Part shown: positions 20,257 through 29,264 of the stretch, piece after piece
Layout of the letters: every line of letters begins with the position of its first letter
Numbering within the stretch: the first letter of the stretch is position 1
Assembly (NCBI GenBank): GCA_028867075.1
Contig: JAGWGZ010000001.1
Span: 26,660-90,659, forward strand
From: Nanobdellota archaeon
GTDB taxonomy: Archaea; Nanobdellota; Nanobdellia; Pacearchaeales; GW2011-AR1
DNA: 64,000 bases
Direction of reading: 5' to 3'
Notes under the pieces: generated by a model
Database searches by the model: none
The model's input: only the letters and a program-made list of their open reading frames with translations
What the model was told of the DNA's origin: nothing
Translations under genes and position numbers: made by a program

Positions 20257-20427
20257 TGCCCCCGACAGGATTTGAACCTGCGACCCTTAGCTTTCTCCTT
20301 TTGCACGCGGAGGTGCGGAACCGTTTGGGTTCTGTTGCAACTTCCTGTTGGGATGCAGGAGGTGCGGAAACCCGCAGGTGGTTCTGGTTAGAAGGCTAAT
20401 GCTCTATCCAGGCTGAGCTACAGGGGC
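20257..20427 (-). tRNA. tRNA-Arg (anticodon UCU) with a ~96-nt intron after position 37
   Basis: Exons 20389-20427 and 20257-20292 fold into acceptor GCCCCTG/CGGGGGC plus A73, D-arm GCTC/GAGC, anticodon stem TTAGC/GCTAA with loop CTTCTA|A, T-arm GCAGG-TTCAAAT-CCTGT. The intron (20293-20388) interrupts at canonical 37/38. Confidence 0.65.
20293..20388 (-). other. tRNA-Arg(UCU) intron
   Basis: Intervening sequence ACCAGAACCACCTGCGGGTTTCCGCACCTCC...GGTTCCGCACCTCCGCGTGCAAAAGGAGAA with an internal direct repeat TTCCGCACCTCC. Confidence 0.55.
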
Positions 20428-20548
20428 TCATTTTATTCGCCCTTAGTTTTCCTTCTTCCATTTTTACTAAGGGGCTCACTCGCTTCGCTCGTTCACCCTA
20501 CGCTCCTTCGTCGCATAGGGCTACTATAAGTTATGTAAAAGAATGAAT

Positions 20549-20743
20549 TTAAAACTTTTCTATTGAATCTTCCAGCCCGTTTATCCTTTCAACATCCTTC
20601 ATGAAACTCTCCAGGTCATCAACCTTGATTACCCGCCCTTCCTGGTTTTTTATCCTGTAATTTCCGTTTATCTTCTCAACACGATAAATCTGACCGTATT
20701 TATCCCGATATGTCCCGCCTTTCCATTTTTTCAAATTGGCCAT
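20549..20743 (-). CDS. hypothetical small protein
   Basis: 64-aa ORF immediately downstream of rnz; no motif. Confidence 0.3.
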   Translation of the reverse strand: MANLKKWKGGTYRDKYGQIYRVEKINGNYRIKNQEGRVIKVDDLESFMKDVERINGLEDSIEKF

Positions 20744-21663
20744 TATATTTCAAAGCTTTTCAAATCTTGGGCAAGAAATGAATTCTTGAAAGTCTTTTTT
20801 GCCTCGTTCAGGACAACTTCAGGATTTTTGTCATATCTGTTTGTGAGATGGGTCAGAAATAATCTTTTTGCATCAGACTTTTTTGCAATTTCTGCGCATT
20901 GTTTCGCGGTCCTGTGTTTGTGCTCTTTGGCGAGTTCTGCAAACTCATCAGTGTATGCTGACTCCATGATGAGGGCATCAGATTCTTTGGCATACCTGAC
21001 AATTCCGGGTTCGTATATGCCGTCCATTACAATGCAGATTTTCCTGCCTTTTTCCGCGAACGCCAAATCCTTTTGAGAGTATCTTTTTCCATTATAGGAG
21101 ATTGTTTTTCCTTTTTTTATTTCGGCAAGATGTTTTCCTGGCTTTATTCCGAGTTTTTTTAATTTATTCTTGTCTATTCTCATCTTGTCTTTGATGACAA
21201 AGCAATAGCCATTGCTTGCTATTCCATGTTCCACGGGAAAAGCTTCAATGAAAAAGTCCTCTTCATCAATGAACTTTCTGCTTGCTTCTTTTACATCAAG
21301 TCTTAGCTTATTTCTCATTTCATTTACAACCACTGACGGAAAAGCCTTCAGAACATTGTCCATCTCTTTTTCTATCCCTCTTGGCCCGTATATCCTCAGG
21401 ATTTTATTGTAATCCTGAAAAGACAGTGTCTGCAATAATCCCGGAATTCCGAGGACATGGTCTCCATGCCAGTGAGTTATCAACAGCTTTGTGAGTTTTG
21501 CAGCAGAAATCTTTGCCTTTCTGAATTGTGTCTGCGTCCCTTCGCCGCAATCCACGAGAACATTTTCTTTTCCGAAGCTAATCAGAATTGCAGGGTGATT
21601 TCTTTCAGGAGTCGGCACAGCGCCGGAAGTTCCCAGAAATGTTATCTTTACTTTTTCTGGCAT
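20743..21663 (-). CDS. rnz: ribonuclease Z (tRNA 3' processing endonuclease), metallo-beta-lactamase fold
   Basis: HWHGDH motif and short-form RNase Z length (306 aa); N-terminus ITFLGTSGAVP. Confidence 0.8.
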   Translation of the reverse strand: MPEKVKITFLGTSGAVPTPERNHPAILISFGKENVLVDCGEGTQTQFRKAKISAAKLTKLLITHWHGDHVLGIPGLLQTLSFQDYNKILRIYGPRGIEKEMDNVLKAFPSVVVNEMRNKLRLDVKEASRKFIDEEDFFIEAFPVEHGIASNGYCFVIKDKMRIDKNKLKKLGIKPGKHLAEIKKGKTISYNGKRYSQKDLAFAEKGRKICIVMDGIYEPGIVRYAKESDALIMESAYTDEFAELAKEHKHRTAKQCAEIAKKSDAKRLFLTHLTNRYDKNPEVVLNEAKKTFKNSFLAQDLKSFEI

Positions 21664-21729
21664 TAATAAACAAAGAAAGAGCAGTTTTTATTTGTTATCC
21701 TATACTATAATAAATTATAAAAGTTACGC

Positions 21730-22122
21730 GTGGTTTTACATGGAATGTCTTGGGATGAATTTGATTTTGGGATATCCTTTTTTTGCTGGTATAGGATTCT
21801 TGGCAACAGTGATACGGTTCCGACGAGCGACAATGAATTAGACCGCGCGATGAAAAAAGCCGTGGATTCGGGAAGATATGATTCTATCGCTGAATTTTTG
21901 CATTTTTCAAATACAAGAACCTGTTTGCGCTGTGTTGAGCTTCCTTCTCTTGAAAGAACGGCAATTAATTCGCAAATAATCTGTTATGCTCCGGAAAATT
22001 ATAAGTCCGACCGCATTTTAATCTCTCAAAGGGTTGCAGAAAGAATTTTACAAAGGTATGATAATGTTCCCGACATGAAAGAATTTGTTTCAGAAGTATT
22101 AACCAGCCTCAGCCAAAACTAA
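21730..22122 (+). CDS. hypothetical protein
   Basis: ORF only; a possible internal start at MKKAVDSGRYDSIAEFL resembles ribbon-helix-helix proteins. Confidence 0.3.
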   Translation: MVLHGMSWDEFDFGISFFCWYRILGNSDTVPTSDNELDRAMKKAVDSGRYDSIAEFLHFSNTRTCLRCVELPSLERTAINSQIICYAPENYKSDRILISQRVAERILQRYDNVPDMKEFVSEVLTSLSQN

Positions 22123-22131
22123 GTTTTGTTA

Positions 22132-22383
22132 TTAATCCTTCTTCAAAGATGTTGATGACGGGGAAATGAAGATTATAGTATCTCCTCTCAGGAACCCCAA
22201 GCCGAGATTTCTTTTTACTTCTCCGCCTTCTATCTCCTTGATGTTGTCAAGAACAAGATTTATATGAATGTCGAATGCCAAAAGTGTACCGACAATCTGC
22301 TTGTCTCCTTTCAATTGCACTAAAACCTCTTTTCCTTTTGAGTTGTTAAGGAGGTCAAGAGGCCTTTCAATTCCATTAACCAT
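22132..22383 (-). CDS. Sm-like archaeal protein (SmAP/LSm)
   Basis: 83 aa; Sm1/Sm2 pattern LDLLNNSKGKEVLVQLKGDKQIVGTLLAFDIHINLVL...GGEVKRNLGLGFLRGDTIIFI. Confidence 0.8.
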   Translation of the reverse strand: MVNGIERPLDLLNNSKGKEVLVQLKGDKQIVGTLLAFDIHINLVLDNIKEIEGGEVKRNLGLGFLRGDTIIFISPSSTSLKKD

Positions 22384-22506
22384 AAGTCTAATCTATAAGA
22401 ATTGTTTATAAATATTTCTATGATGATTCTGGTTGAATTTCTTTGGATTTTTACTGCTATATCTTGTTTCAGAAAGTTATTTAAATGAAAATTAAACATT
22501 CATTAT

Positions 22507-22866
22507 ATGCACACAGGGAGAAAAAAGACAGGCGGAAAATATCAGATTAACCGCAAGAAAAAACTTTATGAAAAACGGGGGCAGGCAAGAAAGACAAAGC
22601 TTGGCGAGGAAAAAAGGAAGTCCAAGAAAGTTATGGGCGGGGGAAGAAAAGTTTTCCTTCTAAAGGTGAAATCAATGAACCTTCGCGATGGAAAGAAGAT
22701 CATAAAATCTGAGATAAAAAATGTTCTTGAGACCCCTTCAAACCGATTCTTTGCAAGGCAGAATATTCTTACGAAGGGAACAATTGTTGAAACAAGCCAC
22801 GGAAAAGCGAAAATAACTAACAGGCCGACACAGGAAGGGGTTGTTAACGGGATTCTTTTGAAATAA
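22507..22866 (+). CDS. rps8e: 30S ribosomal protein S8e
   Basis: C-terminal NRFFARQNILTKGTIVETSHGKAKITNRPTQEGVVNGILL matches the S8e signature; basic N-terminus. Confidence 0.8.
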   Translation: MHTGRKKTGGKYQINRKKKLYEKRGQARKTKLGEEKRKSKKVMGGGRKVFLLKVKSMNLRDGKKIIKSEIKNVLETPSNRFFARQNILTKGTIVETSHGKAKITNRPTQEGVVNGILLK

Positions 22867-22955
22867 CTTGTTATTTTTACCGACTATAAGCTCAGAAAAA
22901 TTTATAAAGGCAAAAACTTTATAAACCGTACGCGAAAAACTTTTCTATCCAAAAA

Positions 22956-23882
22956 ATGGCCTTTGTAAAGAAATGTCCCGAATGCGGAAGCGTGAATATT
23001 ACACACGATCCACAGTTAGGGGAAGTGATATGCAATGACTGCGGGCTGGTAATTGAAGAGGAAATGGTTGATTCTGGCGCTGACCTTTCCGGAAAGTTTG
23101 ACAAATCAGAGAAAAAAGGGCGTGGCGGAGCTCCAATCAGCATGCAGAAATTTGACAAGGGGCTTATCACGAATGTAGGGGAAATTTCTGATATCTATCG
23201 CCTAGAGCCGGGTCAGACGAGAAAATTCCTGAGACTGAAAAAATGGCAGGAAAGAGTTTCCACTTCAATTGAAAGAAACCTGAGATTGGCAATGGCCGAG
23301 TTAAGAGTTATTGCTTCTTATCTGAATCTGCCTAATGTTGTCCGTGATGAGGCCGCAAGAATATATAACTATGTCCTGCAAAGAGGGCTTGTTCGCGGAA
23401 GAAGCATGGAGTCTGTGATTGCAGCTTGCTTGTATACAGCATGCCGCTCTTACAATATTCCAAGAACGCTTGATGAGATGGCAATTGCCTCCGACGTCGA
23501 GAGAAAAGAAATCGGGAGAACTTACAGGTTCATAATCAGGAAATTGGGAATAAAGATAAAACAGAGTTCACCGAAAGATTATATCTCCAGATTTGCATCT
23601 GTTCTGAAACTTTCCCCTAAGACGCAGAATGATGCTCTTAAAATTCTTAAGAGGGCTGAAGAAGTCGAGCTCACTTCGGGGAGGGGTCCCGCGGGAATCT
23701 CGGCAGCCGCGTTATATGTCGCAGCCCTGATGAACGATGAGAAGAAAACGCAGAGGGAAGTTGCAGATATTGCGGGAATAACTGAAGTCACAATAAGGAA
23801 CAGATACAAGGAACTGATAGAAAAGCTTGAGCTTGAAGATAAGATAAAGCAGAAAGAAGCTGAGACTAAATCTGAGAAATAA
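22956..23882 (+). CDS. tfb: transcription initiation factor TFB (TFIIB)
   Basis: N-terminal zinc ribbon CPECGS...CNDCG, followed by two cyclin-like repeats; 308 aa. Confidence 0.9.
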   Translation: MAFVKKCPECGSVNITHDPQLGEVICNDCGLVIEEEMVDSGADLSGKFDKSEKKGRGGAPISMQKFDKGLITNVGEISDIYRLEPGQTRKFLRLKKWQERVSTSIERNLRLAMAELRVIASYLNLPNVVRDEAARIYNYVLQRGLVRGRSMESVIAACLYTACRSYNIPRTLDEMAIASDVERKEIGRTYRFIIRKLGIKIKQSSPKDYISRFASVLKLSPKTQNDALKILKRAEEVELTSGRGPAGISAAALYVAALMNDEKKTQREVADIAGITEVTIRNRYKELIEKLELEDKIKQKEAETKSEK

Positions 23883-23890
23883 TTATAAAT

Positions 23891-24448
23891 TTATTTCTCT
23901 GAAATAACTCGATAATCTTTTCTTAATGCATCCAATGCTTTTTGAGGTATCCATCCACTTCCAGTTCTTGTTATTAAAGTATTTTTGCTTCCTATACAAG
24001 CAGAACCTCGTACATCCCTACTATCATAAACCTGAAGAACTATTCCAGATTCTACTGAAGGGTTTGGTCTGTATCCTTCATGATATAGTCTATCCAAAAA
24101 TTCAATTGTTGTTTTAATACTACTGCATCCATGCGGGGTCCCAAAAACCATATATAATGGATTGAGAGTAATCTGAGGTAAAATTTTTTCTATTATGAGA
24201 GGTTCTCCTCTTTGTGTTGTAGCTTTTATTTTGGTGATATAATCTTTTGCAGAAGTCCCATCTCCTTCGGACTGCTCATCTTTTTCTAATATAACTTCTG
24301 TTCGATATCCAGACTCCGAAAAGAAAGGATTAACTAAATTAGCATTAATCTCAAAAAAGTCCCAAATTTTTGAGTATGTTTCTCCAAAGTCTAAGTCTCT
24401 TATTAGATTAGGCCATTTTACAGGGGTTTCAAATATAATCTCGCTCAT
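23891..24448 (-). CDS. hypothetical protein (conserved PHGCSS segment)
   Basis: 185-aa ORF; no confident family. Confidence 0.35.
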   Translation of the reverse strand: MSEIIFETPVKWPNLIRDLDFGETYSKIWDFFEINANLVNPFFSESGYRTEVILEKDEQSEGDGTSAKDYITKIKATTQRGEPLIIEKILPQITLNPLYMVFGTPHGCSSIKTTIEFLDRLYHEGYRPNPSVESGIVLQVYDSRDVRGSACIGSKNTLITRTGSGWIPQKALDALRKDYRVISEK

Positions 24449-24510
24449 GCAATCAATGAAAATGATAACTATAAAAAGATTTATACTTGCTGAAATATAT
24501 TTTATTTAAT

Positions 24511-24594
24511 GCAGGAGTAGCGAAGTGGTCTAACGCGCAAGCTTCAGAGGCTTGTCCCTTAGTGGGTTCCCAGGTTCGAATCCTGGCCCCTGCA
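24511..24594 (+). tRNA. tRNA-Leu (anticodon CAG), class II with long variable arm
   Basis: Anticodon stem CAAGC/GCTTG with loop TTCAGAG; T-arm CCAGG-TTCGAAT-CCTGG. The acceptor has one A6-C67 mismatch (GCAGGAG/CCCCTGC). Confidence 0.7.
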
Positions 24595-24647
24595 CTTTAA
24601 CAAGTTATAAAAATAGTTCTGGTTTTTTTGTTTGTTAGTGAATTGTC

Positions 24648-24731
24648 GCGGGGGTGCCGGAGTGGTCAAACGGGCTGGATTTAGGCTCCAGTGGCTTAGT
24701 GCCTGCACAGGTTCAAATCCTGTCCCCCGCA
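24648..24731 (+). tRNA. tRNA-Leu (anticodon UAG), class II
   Basis: Acceptor GCGGGGG/CCCCCGC plus A73; anticodon stem CTGGA/TCCAG with loop TTTAGGC; long variable arm; T-arm ACAGG-TTCAAAT-CCTGT. Confidence 0.8.
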
Positions 24732-24776
24732 TTTACTTCAAGAAACAATTAAAAATCCAAGCGACTTTATTCATGA

Positions 24777-25991
24777 ATGCAAATCTGGCGAAGGCATCAT
24801 TTCAAGGTAATCACTAAGCTCGGAATATTCTACCTCTTTCTTTCCATAGGAATCTCGCTTGCAGCGACGATATGGTCTCTTTATCTTAACTCTTTCCTTA
24901 ACAGTTCTGCGCTTGTCGGATTCCTTACCAGTTTTTTCATGGTCGCGGAAATCCTTGCGTATATACTACTTATCCCTTTGATAGAAAAGGGGAATAAGGC
25001 AAAGATGTTGATTGCTTCGCTTGTATTCTTTGCAATTTCCTATCTCCTCTTCTCGGTTTATTCAAGCATTTATCTTGTCATATTTTTAGGAACCTTGATA
25101 TCCATAATTACCAGCCTCAGAATCACTGTATTCGGGCTTATCCTCCGCGACAAGACAAAGGACGACAGCGTTTCAAAGAATGAAGGACTGATGTATGCCC
25201 TGCTGAACTCTGCCTGGCTTATCGGCCCTCTTGTTGCAGGATATTTCGCAAAGAACTATGGTTTTGGCAGTGTCTTCTTCCTTTCCTCTGTGTTCATCTT
25301 TATCTCTTTATTCTTCTTCAAAACGTTTAGAATCAAAGATGGAAGAAGGACAAGAGAAATAGACCACCATAGATTAAGAATTGTCACTGATTTTTTCAGG
25401 CACAAGGGCAGAGTTTTCACATATTTACTTAATACTGCCGTAAATTTTTGGTGGGCATTCATTTACATTTACATGCCGATTTACATAGTTGATAACGGGC
25501 ACAGTGAAGTTGTGGTTGGAATCTTTCTTGCAGCAGTTACATTGCCTCTTGTTTTCCTTGATTACCTCTTTGGCAGGGTGGCCGGGAAAAGCGGCTTCAA
25601 GAAGCTATTTTTTATCGGGTTCATAAGCCTCGGAGTCCTTGCAGTCATCTGCTTTTTCATTTCTGACCTATATGTCATACTTGGATTGCTTGTTCTTGCA
25701 AGTTTCAGCTTATCAATGATAGAACCTACGGCAGATGCATATTTCTTCGACATAGTTGAAAAAGAAGAAAGGGACAAGTATTACGGGATATATACTACTT
25801 CAATAAACACGGGAAATCTCCTGGGTTCACTTCCGGCTGCAGCATTGCTGCTTTTCCTTCCATTCAATTCCCTATTCATATTTTACGGCCTGCCGATGAT
25901 AGTTCTGGCATTTCTGGCTCTGGGAATAGAAGATTCTTATGAGTTCACTAAGGCCAAAGAATATAAAAAAGACCCTGAGATAAAGAAATAG
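24777..25991 (+). CDS. MFS-type transporter (12 TM)
   Basis: About 12 hydrophobic helices in a two-fold arrangement; 404 aa. Confidence 0.65.
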   Translation: MQIWRRHHFKVITKLGIFYLFLSIGISLAATIWSLYLNSFLNSSALVGFLTSFFMVAEILAYILLIPLIEKGNKAKMLIASLVFFAISYLLFSVYSSIYLVIFLGTLISIITSLRITVFGLILRDKTKDDSVSKNEGLMYALLNSAWLIGPLVAGYFAKNYGFGSVFFLSSVFIFISLFFFKTFRIKDGRRTREIDHHRLRIVTDFFRHKGRVFTYLLNTAVNFWWAFIYIYMPIYIVDNGHSEVVVGIFLAAVTLPLVFLDYLFGRVAGKSGFKKLFFIGFISLGVLAVICFFISDLYVILGLLVLASFSLSMIEPTADAYFFDIVEKEERDKYYGIYTTSINTGNLLGSLPAAALLLFLPFNSLFIFYGLPMIVLAFLALGIEDSYEFTKAKEYKKDPEIKK

Positions 25992-26031
25992 TTTTAAACC
26001 TGCGATTTATACTTTAATTATGCGGAGATGG

Positions 26032-26104
26032 CACAACGGTCACTGCATTCGGCTGCAGCCCGAATTTTTCCGGGTTCAACTCCCGGTCTCCGCTTTCTAA
26101 AAAA
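26032..26104 (+). tRNA. tRNA-Cys (anticodon GCA)
   Basis: Acceptor GCGGAGA/TCTCCGC with U73 discriminator (Cys identity element); anticodon stem TTCGG/CCGAA with loop CTGCAGC; T-arm CCGGG-TTCAACT-CCCGG. Confidence 0.75.
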
Positions 26105-26175
26105 TTTATAAATTGTAGTTCCTAAGAAGATATGCCCTTGACTGCGGGAATTCATAAAAACCCGCCGGAGGTTTT

Positions 26176-27858
26176 ATGGCATTTATAGTAAAAAAGAAAA
26201 TTCATGGGAGAGAATATTATTACCTTAATGAGAATAAAAGGGTTGATGGCAAAGTAAAAACAAAAACTCTCGCGTATCTGGGAAAAGACAGGCAAGAAGC
26301 TGAGATAAAAAAAAGAGAATTTATGGACAGCAGAATAACAGAAGCAGTAAATGGTAACGGGGGGGATGAGCCGCCCGGAATGAAAATCTCAATTGAAGAA
26401 CTCGGAACATTCTGCAAAAGAAAAGGGTTCATTTTTCCCTCAAGCGAGATTTACGGCGGAATTGCAGGGTTTTGGGATTTTGGGCCGCTGGGGGTTGAGT
26501 TGTTGAATAACATAAAAAAAGAATGGTGGGATTATTTTGTCCGCGGAAGAGATAACGTCGTAGGGATAGAAGCAAGCATAATAAGCTCGCCAAAAATATG
26601 GAAAGCCTCAGGACATGTCGCAAATTTCAATGATGTTTCTGTAAGATGCATGAAATGCAAAAAATTTAACAAGGTTGACAAAGTTGAGCTTGAAAGTGAG
26701 AAGGTTGCCTGTTCTTTTTGCGGCGGAAAACTTGATAAGTCAACAGCGAAAGATCTGAACCTGATGTTCGGGACGAATGTCGGGCCGATTGAAGAAGATT
26801 CGCTACTTTCTTATCTTCGTCCCGAGACAGCTCAGGGGATGTTTTCCGATTTCAAAATCGTGCAGCAGACTTCACGACTGCAACTGCCATTCGGGATCGC
26901 GCAAATCGGAAGATGTTTCAGAAATGAAATCGCTCCGAGAGATTTTCTCTTCAGAAGCAGGGAATTCCATATAGGGGAGTTTGAGTTTTTCATAAATCCC
27001 GAGGAAAAGAAATGCGAGCTGTTGGATGAGGAACATCTTAATGTCAAGTTCAGATTTCTAAGCGCTGAAGTGCAGGCTCAAGGAAGCGGAGAGTTAACTG
27101 AGAAAACAATCCAGGACATCCTGAAAGAAAAGAGGCTTGAAGAGTGGCATGCCTACTGGTTAGCGGAGCAGATTCTGTGGTTCAGGTCCATTGGACTGAA
27201 TGAGATAAAGATAAGGGAGCACATGAAAGATGAATTAAGTCATTATTCTTCTGCAACTTTTGATGTTGATTATGAATATCCTTTCGGAAGCAAGGAAATT
27301 GCCGGCATTGCAAATCGGGGCCAGTTTGACCTGACAAACCATGAAAAAGAGAGCGGGCAAAACATGTCTGTGTTTGACGAGAGATATAAGAATAAAGTCA
27401 TCCCAAAAGTCATAGAGCCGACATTCGGAATTGAGAGAGTTTTCCTGGCTGTGCTTGCAAAGGCATATCATTACAATAAAGAAAAGAATTACACGACACT
27501 TAAGATTCCCGCAAAATTAGCACCGATAAAGGCAGCTATTTTCCCGCTGGTCAAGCAGCCGGAATACGAGAAAATGTCAAAGAGCATTTATCATGAACTG
27601 AGAAAAGAGTTCAATGTTTTCTATGACAGTTCAGGAAGCATCGGCAGGAGATATGCAAGAAACGATGAGATAGGGACACCATTTTGCATCACAATTGATG
27701 AAGACAGCCTGAGAAACCATGATGTCACGGTAAGATTCAGGGACACGGGAGAGCAGAGGAGGATAAAAGAAAAATCAATTATTAACTTCATGAAAGCGGC
27801 TGTCAGGGGCGAGAATGTCCTAAGATTGGGGAAGAAAGTTAATACAAGAAAAAAATAG
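26176..27858 (+). CDS. glyS: glycyl-tRNA synthetase (archaeal/eukaryotic alpha2 type)
   Basis: Class II motifs FRNEIAPR, GIERV; core begins near 26380 (MKISIEELG...FIFPSSEIYGG). The annotated ATG adds a ~68-aa N-terminal extension. Confidence 0.85.
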   Translation: MAFIVKKKIHGREYYYLNENKRVDGKVKTKTLAYLGKDRQEAEIKKREFMDSRITEAVNGNGGDEPPGMKISIEELGTFCKRKGFIFPSSEIYGGIAGFWDFGPLGVELLNNIKKEWWDYFVRGRDNVVGIEASIISSPKIWKASGHVANFNDVSVRCMKCKKFNKVDKVELESEKVACSFCGGKLDKSTAKDLNLMFGTNVGPIEEDSLLSYLRPETAQGMFSDFKIVQQTSRLQLPFGIAQIGRCFRNEIAPRDFLFRSREFHIGEFEFFINPEEKKCELLDEEHLNVKFRFLSAEVQAQGSGELTEKTIQDILKEKRLEEWHAYWLAEQILWFRSIGLNEIKIREHMKDELSHYSSATFDVDYEYPFGSKEIAGIANRGQFDLTNHEKESGQNMSVFDERYKNKVIPKVIEPTFGIERVFLAVLAKAYHYNKEKNYTTLKIPAKLAPIKAAIFPLVKQPEYEKMSKSIYHELRKEFNVFYDSSGSIGRRYARNDEIGTPFCITIDEDSLRNHDVTVRFRDTGEQRRIKEKSIINFMKAAVRGENVLRLGKKVNTRKK

Positions 27859-27868
27859 AATGAGTGAA

Positions 27869-27941
27869 TGGCTGCACCAAGAATTGAACTTGGGACCCCT
27901 GCCTCATGAGAGCAGTGCTCTGCCAACTGAGCTATGCAGCC
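27869..27941 (-). tRNA. tRNA-Met/Ile2 (anticodon CAU), elongator-like
   Basis: Reverse complement: acceptor GGCTGCA/TGCAGCC plus A73; anticodon stem CTGCT/GGCAG with loop CTCATGA; T-arm CCAAG-TTCAATT-CTTGG. Confidence 0.75.
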
Positions 27942-28047
27942 GTGTGAAACCTCCTGCGGGTTTCTACAATTTCCAGCGACCCTGCAATTGCAGTGTATAT
28001 TAAAATTAAAAATAAATCCTTTAAAAATCTTTAAAATTTACAGAAAT

Positions 28048-28257
28048 CTAATCCCCGGAAGTTTCCTGCTCTTTGTGTTCTATGTTCCTCTTCTTTGTCC
28101 TTGCAATAAGCCCTGCAATCTGATTCCTGATTTTCTTGCTTGGCATAGTTTCACCAAGGACTTTTTTGTTCAAATCAAAGTTTTCACTGAAAGGGAGGTC
28201 TTTTTCTATTAATGTCTGGGCCGTTCTCTTAACAAGCTTTGTCTTTATTTTTCCCAT
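28048..28257 (-). CDS. rps17e: 30S ribosomal protein S17e
   Basis: MGKIKTKLVKRTAQ...SKKIRNQIAGLI matches S17e N-terminal consensus; 69 aa. Confidence 0.75.
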   Translation of the reverse strand: MGKIKTKLVKRTAQTLIEKDLPFSENFDLNKKVLGETMPSKKIRNQIAGLIARTKKRNIEHKEQETSGD

Positions 28258-28291
28258 ATTAACAAATTTTATCCTATATTTTTAAGGGTTT

Positions 28292-29200
28292 CTATTCTAT
28301 CTTTTCCAGACCCCTCATGCTTTTTAATGCAGCCATCAGATTGTCAAATTTCTTTACCGGCTCGCCCAGGGCCCATATCTTGTATTGAAGTTTGAGCTCA
28401 TGGGATTTTTTGTAAGAGCTGATTATGTCCTGCTCTGATATCTTTCTTTTATTATAGGCTATAATGAGATATTCTTCATGGTCTTTAACCCGGAATATTA
28501 TCCTGTTTATGCTTATTTCTTCTATGTCTATGATCTCAATTTTCTTTTTTGAGAGAAGTTCCTTGACTTTATTGAAGAATTTATTATCCTGACTTTTCTT
28601 TTTTGTCGGCTTCTGCGGCCTTTTTATCGGTTTTCTAGGTTTCCTTTCTTGTTCTTCACTTTCAACTGATTCTATCTCTTCGACAGGAGATTTAATTTCA
28701 GTCATTATTTCGGTTATTGCCTCTCTTGCAGGCTCCTGCGCAGTTTCCTCGACATTTAGCTGAATTTCAACTTTTTTAAATTGCGGAATAAAATCCGATT
28801 CCTGCGAGGTGAAGAATCTCCACAGTACCTCTCCGTCTTTTTCAAAAGGGACCGCAAAATCTTTTATGTCCCTCATTGCCACGCGTATTGCAGGTTCAAG
28901 TTCTTTGTCAGTCAGGAATCTCTTTTCTTTCAGGAGCATGAATGCATCTTTTTCCTTGTTTTTCAGGTATTGCGAAAAATTTTCTAACAGAGGTTCCTGA
29001 CCCGGGATAAAATAGAGCGGCGAGCTTCCGACTCTTAGGTTGGAAATCCTGAGTTCCTTATTTGAAAGAAGCTCTGAGAGAAATGCAGAAGCAAAAAGTA
29101 TGCTGAGCCCTGTTTCTTTTGCAATGAAGACAGGCAGACTTGGGCCGTGCATCTTTATCAGATACAATATTTTTTCCCTCATCAATGACGCGTCCACCAT
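28292..29200 (-). CDS. hypothetical protein with basic/acidic low-complexity C-terminal region
   Basis: 302-aa ORF; an N-terminal segment could be a winged helix. No confident family. Confidence 0.35.
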   Translation of the reverse strand: MVDASLMREKILYLIKMHGPSLPVFIAKETGLSILFASAFLSELLSNKELRISNLRVGSSPLYFIPGQEPLLENFSQYLKNKEKDAFMLLKEKRFLTDKELEPAIRVAMRDIKDFAVPFEKDGEVLWRFFTSQESDFIPQFKKVEIQLNVEETAQEPAREAITEIMTEIKSPVEEIESVESEEQERKPRKPIKRPQKPTKKKSQDNKFFNKVKELLSKKKIEIIDIEEISINRIIFRVKDHEEYLIIAYNKRKISEQDIISSYKKSHELKLQYKIWALGEPVKKFDNLMAALKSMRGLEKIE

Positions 29201-29245
29201 TACGCTGGAAAATATTTAAAAGTTATAAAGATTGTTATGTCGCGA

Positions 29246-29264
29246 GACAACCTACGGTTTTCTT
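29246..29264 (-). promoter_or_regulatory. 19-nt element GACAACCTACGGTTTTCTT, identical to the tRNA-Ala 5' leader motif at 38791-38809
   Basis: Exact 19/19 identity between the two loci; lies in the endA to downstream-ORF intergenic region within an inverted repeat GCGAGACAA...TTGTCTCGC. Confidence 0.5.

Noticed and set aside
20293-20388. Resemblance of the intron repeats (CCGCACCTCC, CCTGCGG) and leader motif (CCGTAGG) to the 3' end of 16S rRNA (helix 45 and anti-SD CACCTCC)
   Set aside because: The matches are short (7-10 nt), and CCGTAGG/CCTACGG-type palindromes arise easily in hairpins. No extended rRNA similarity, so this is probably coincidental.
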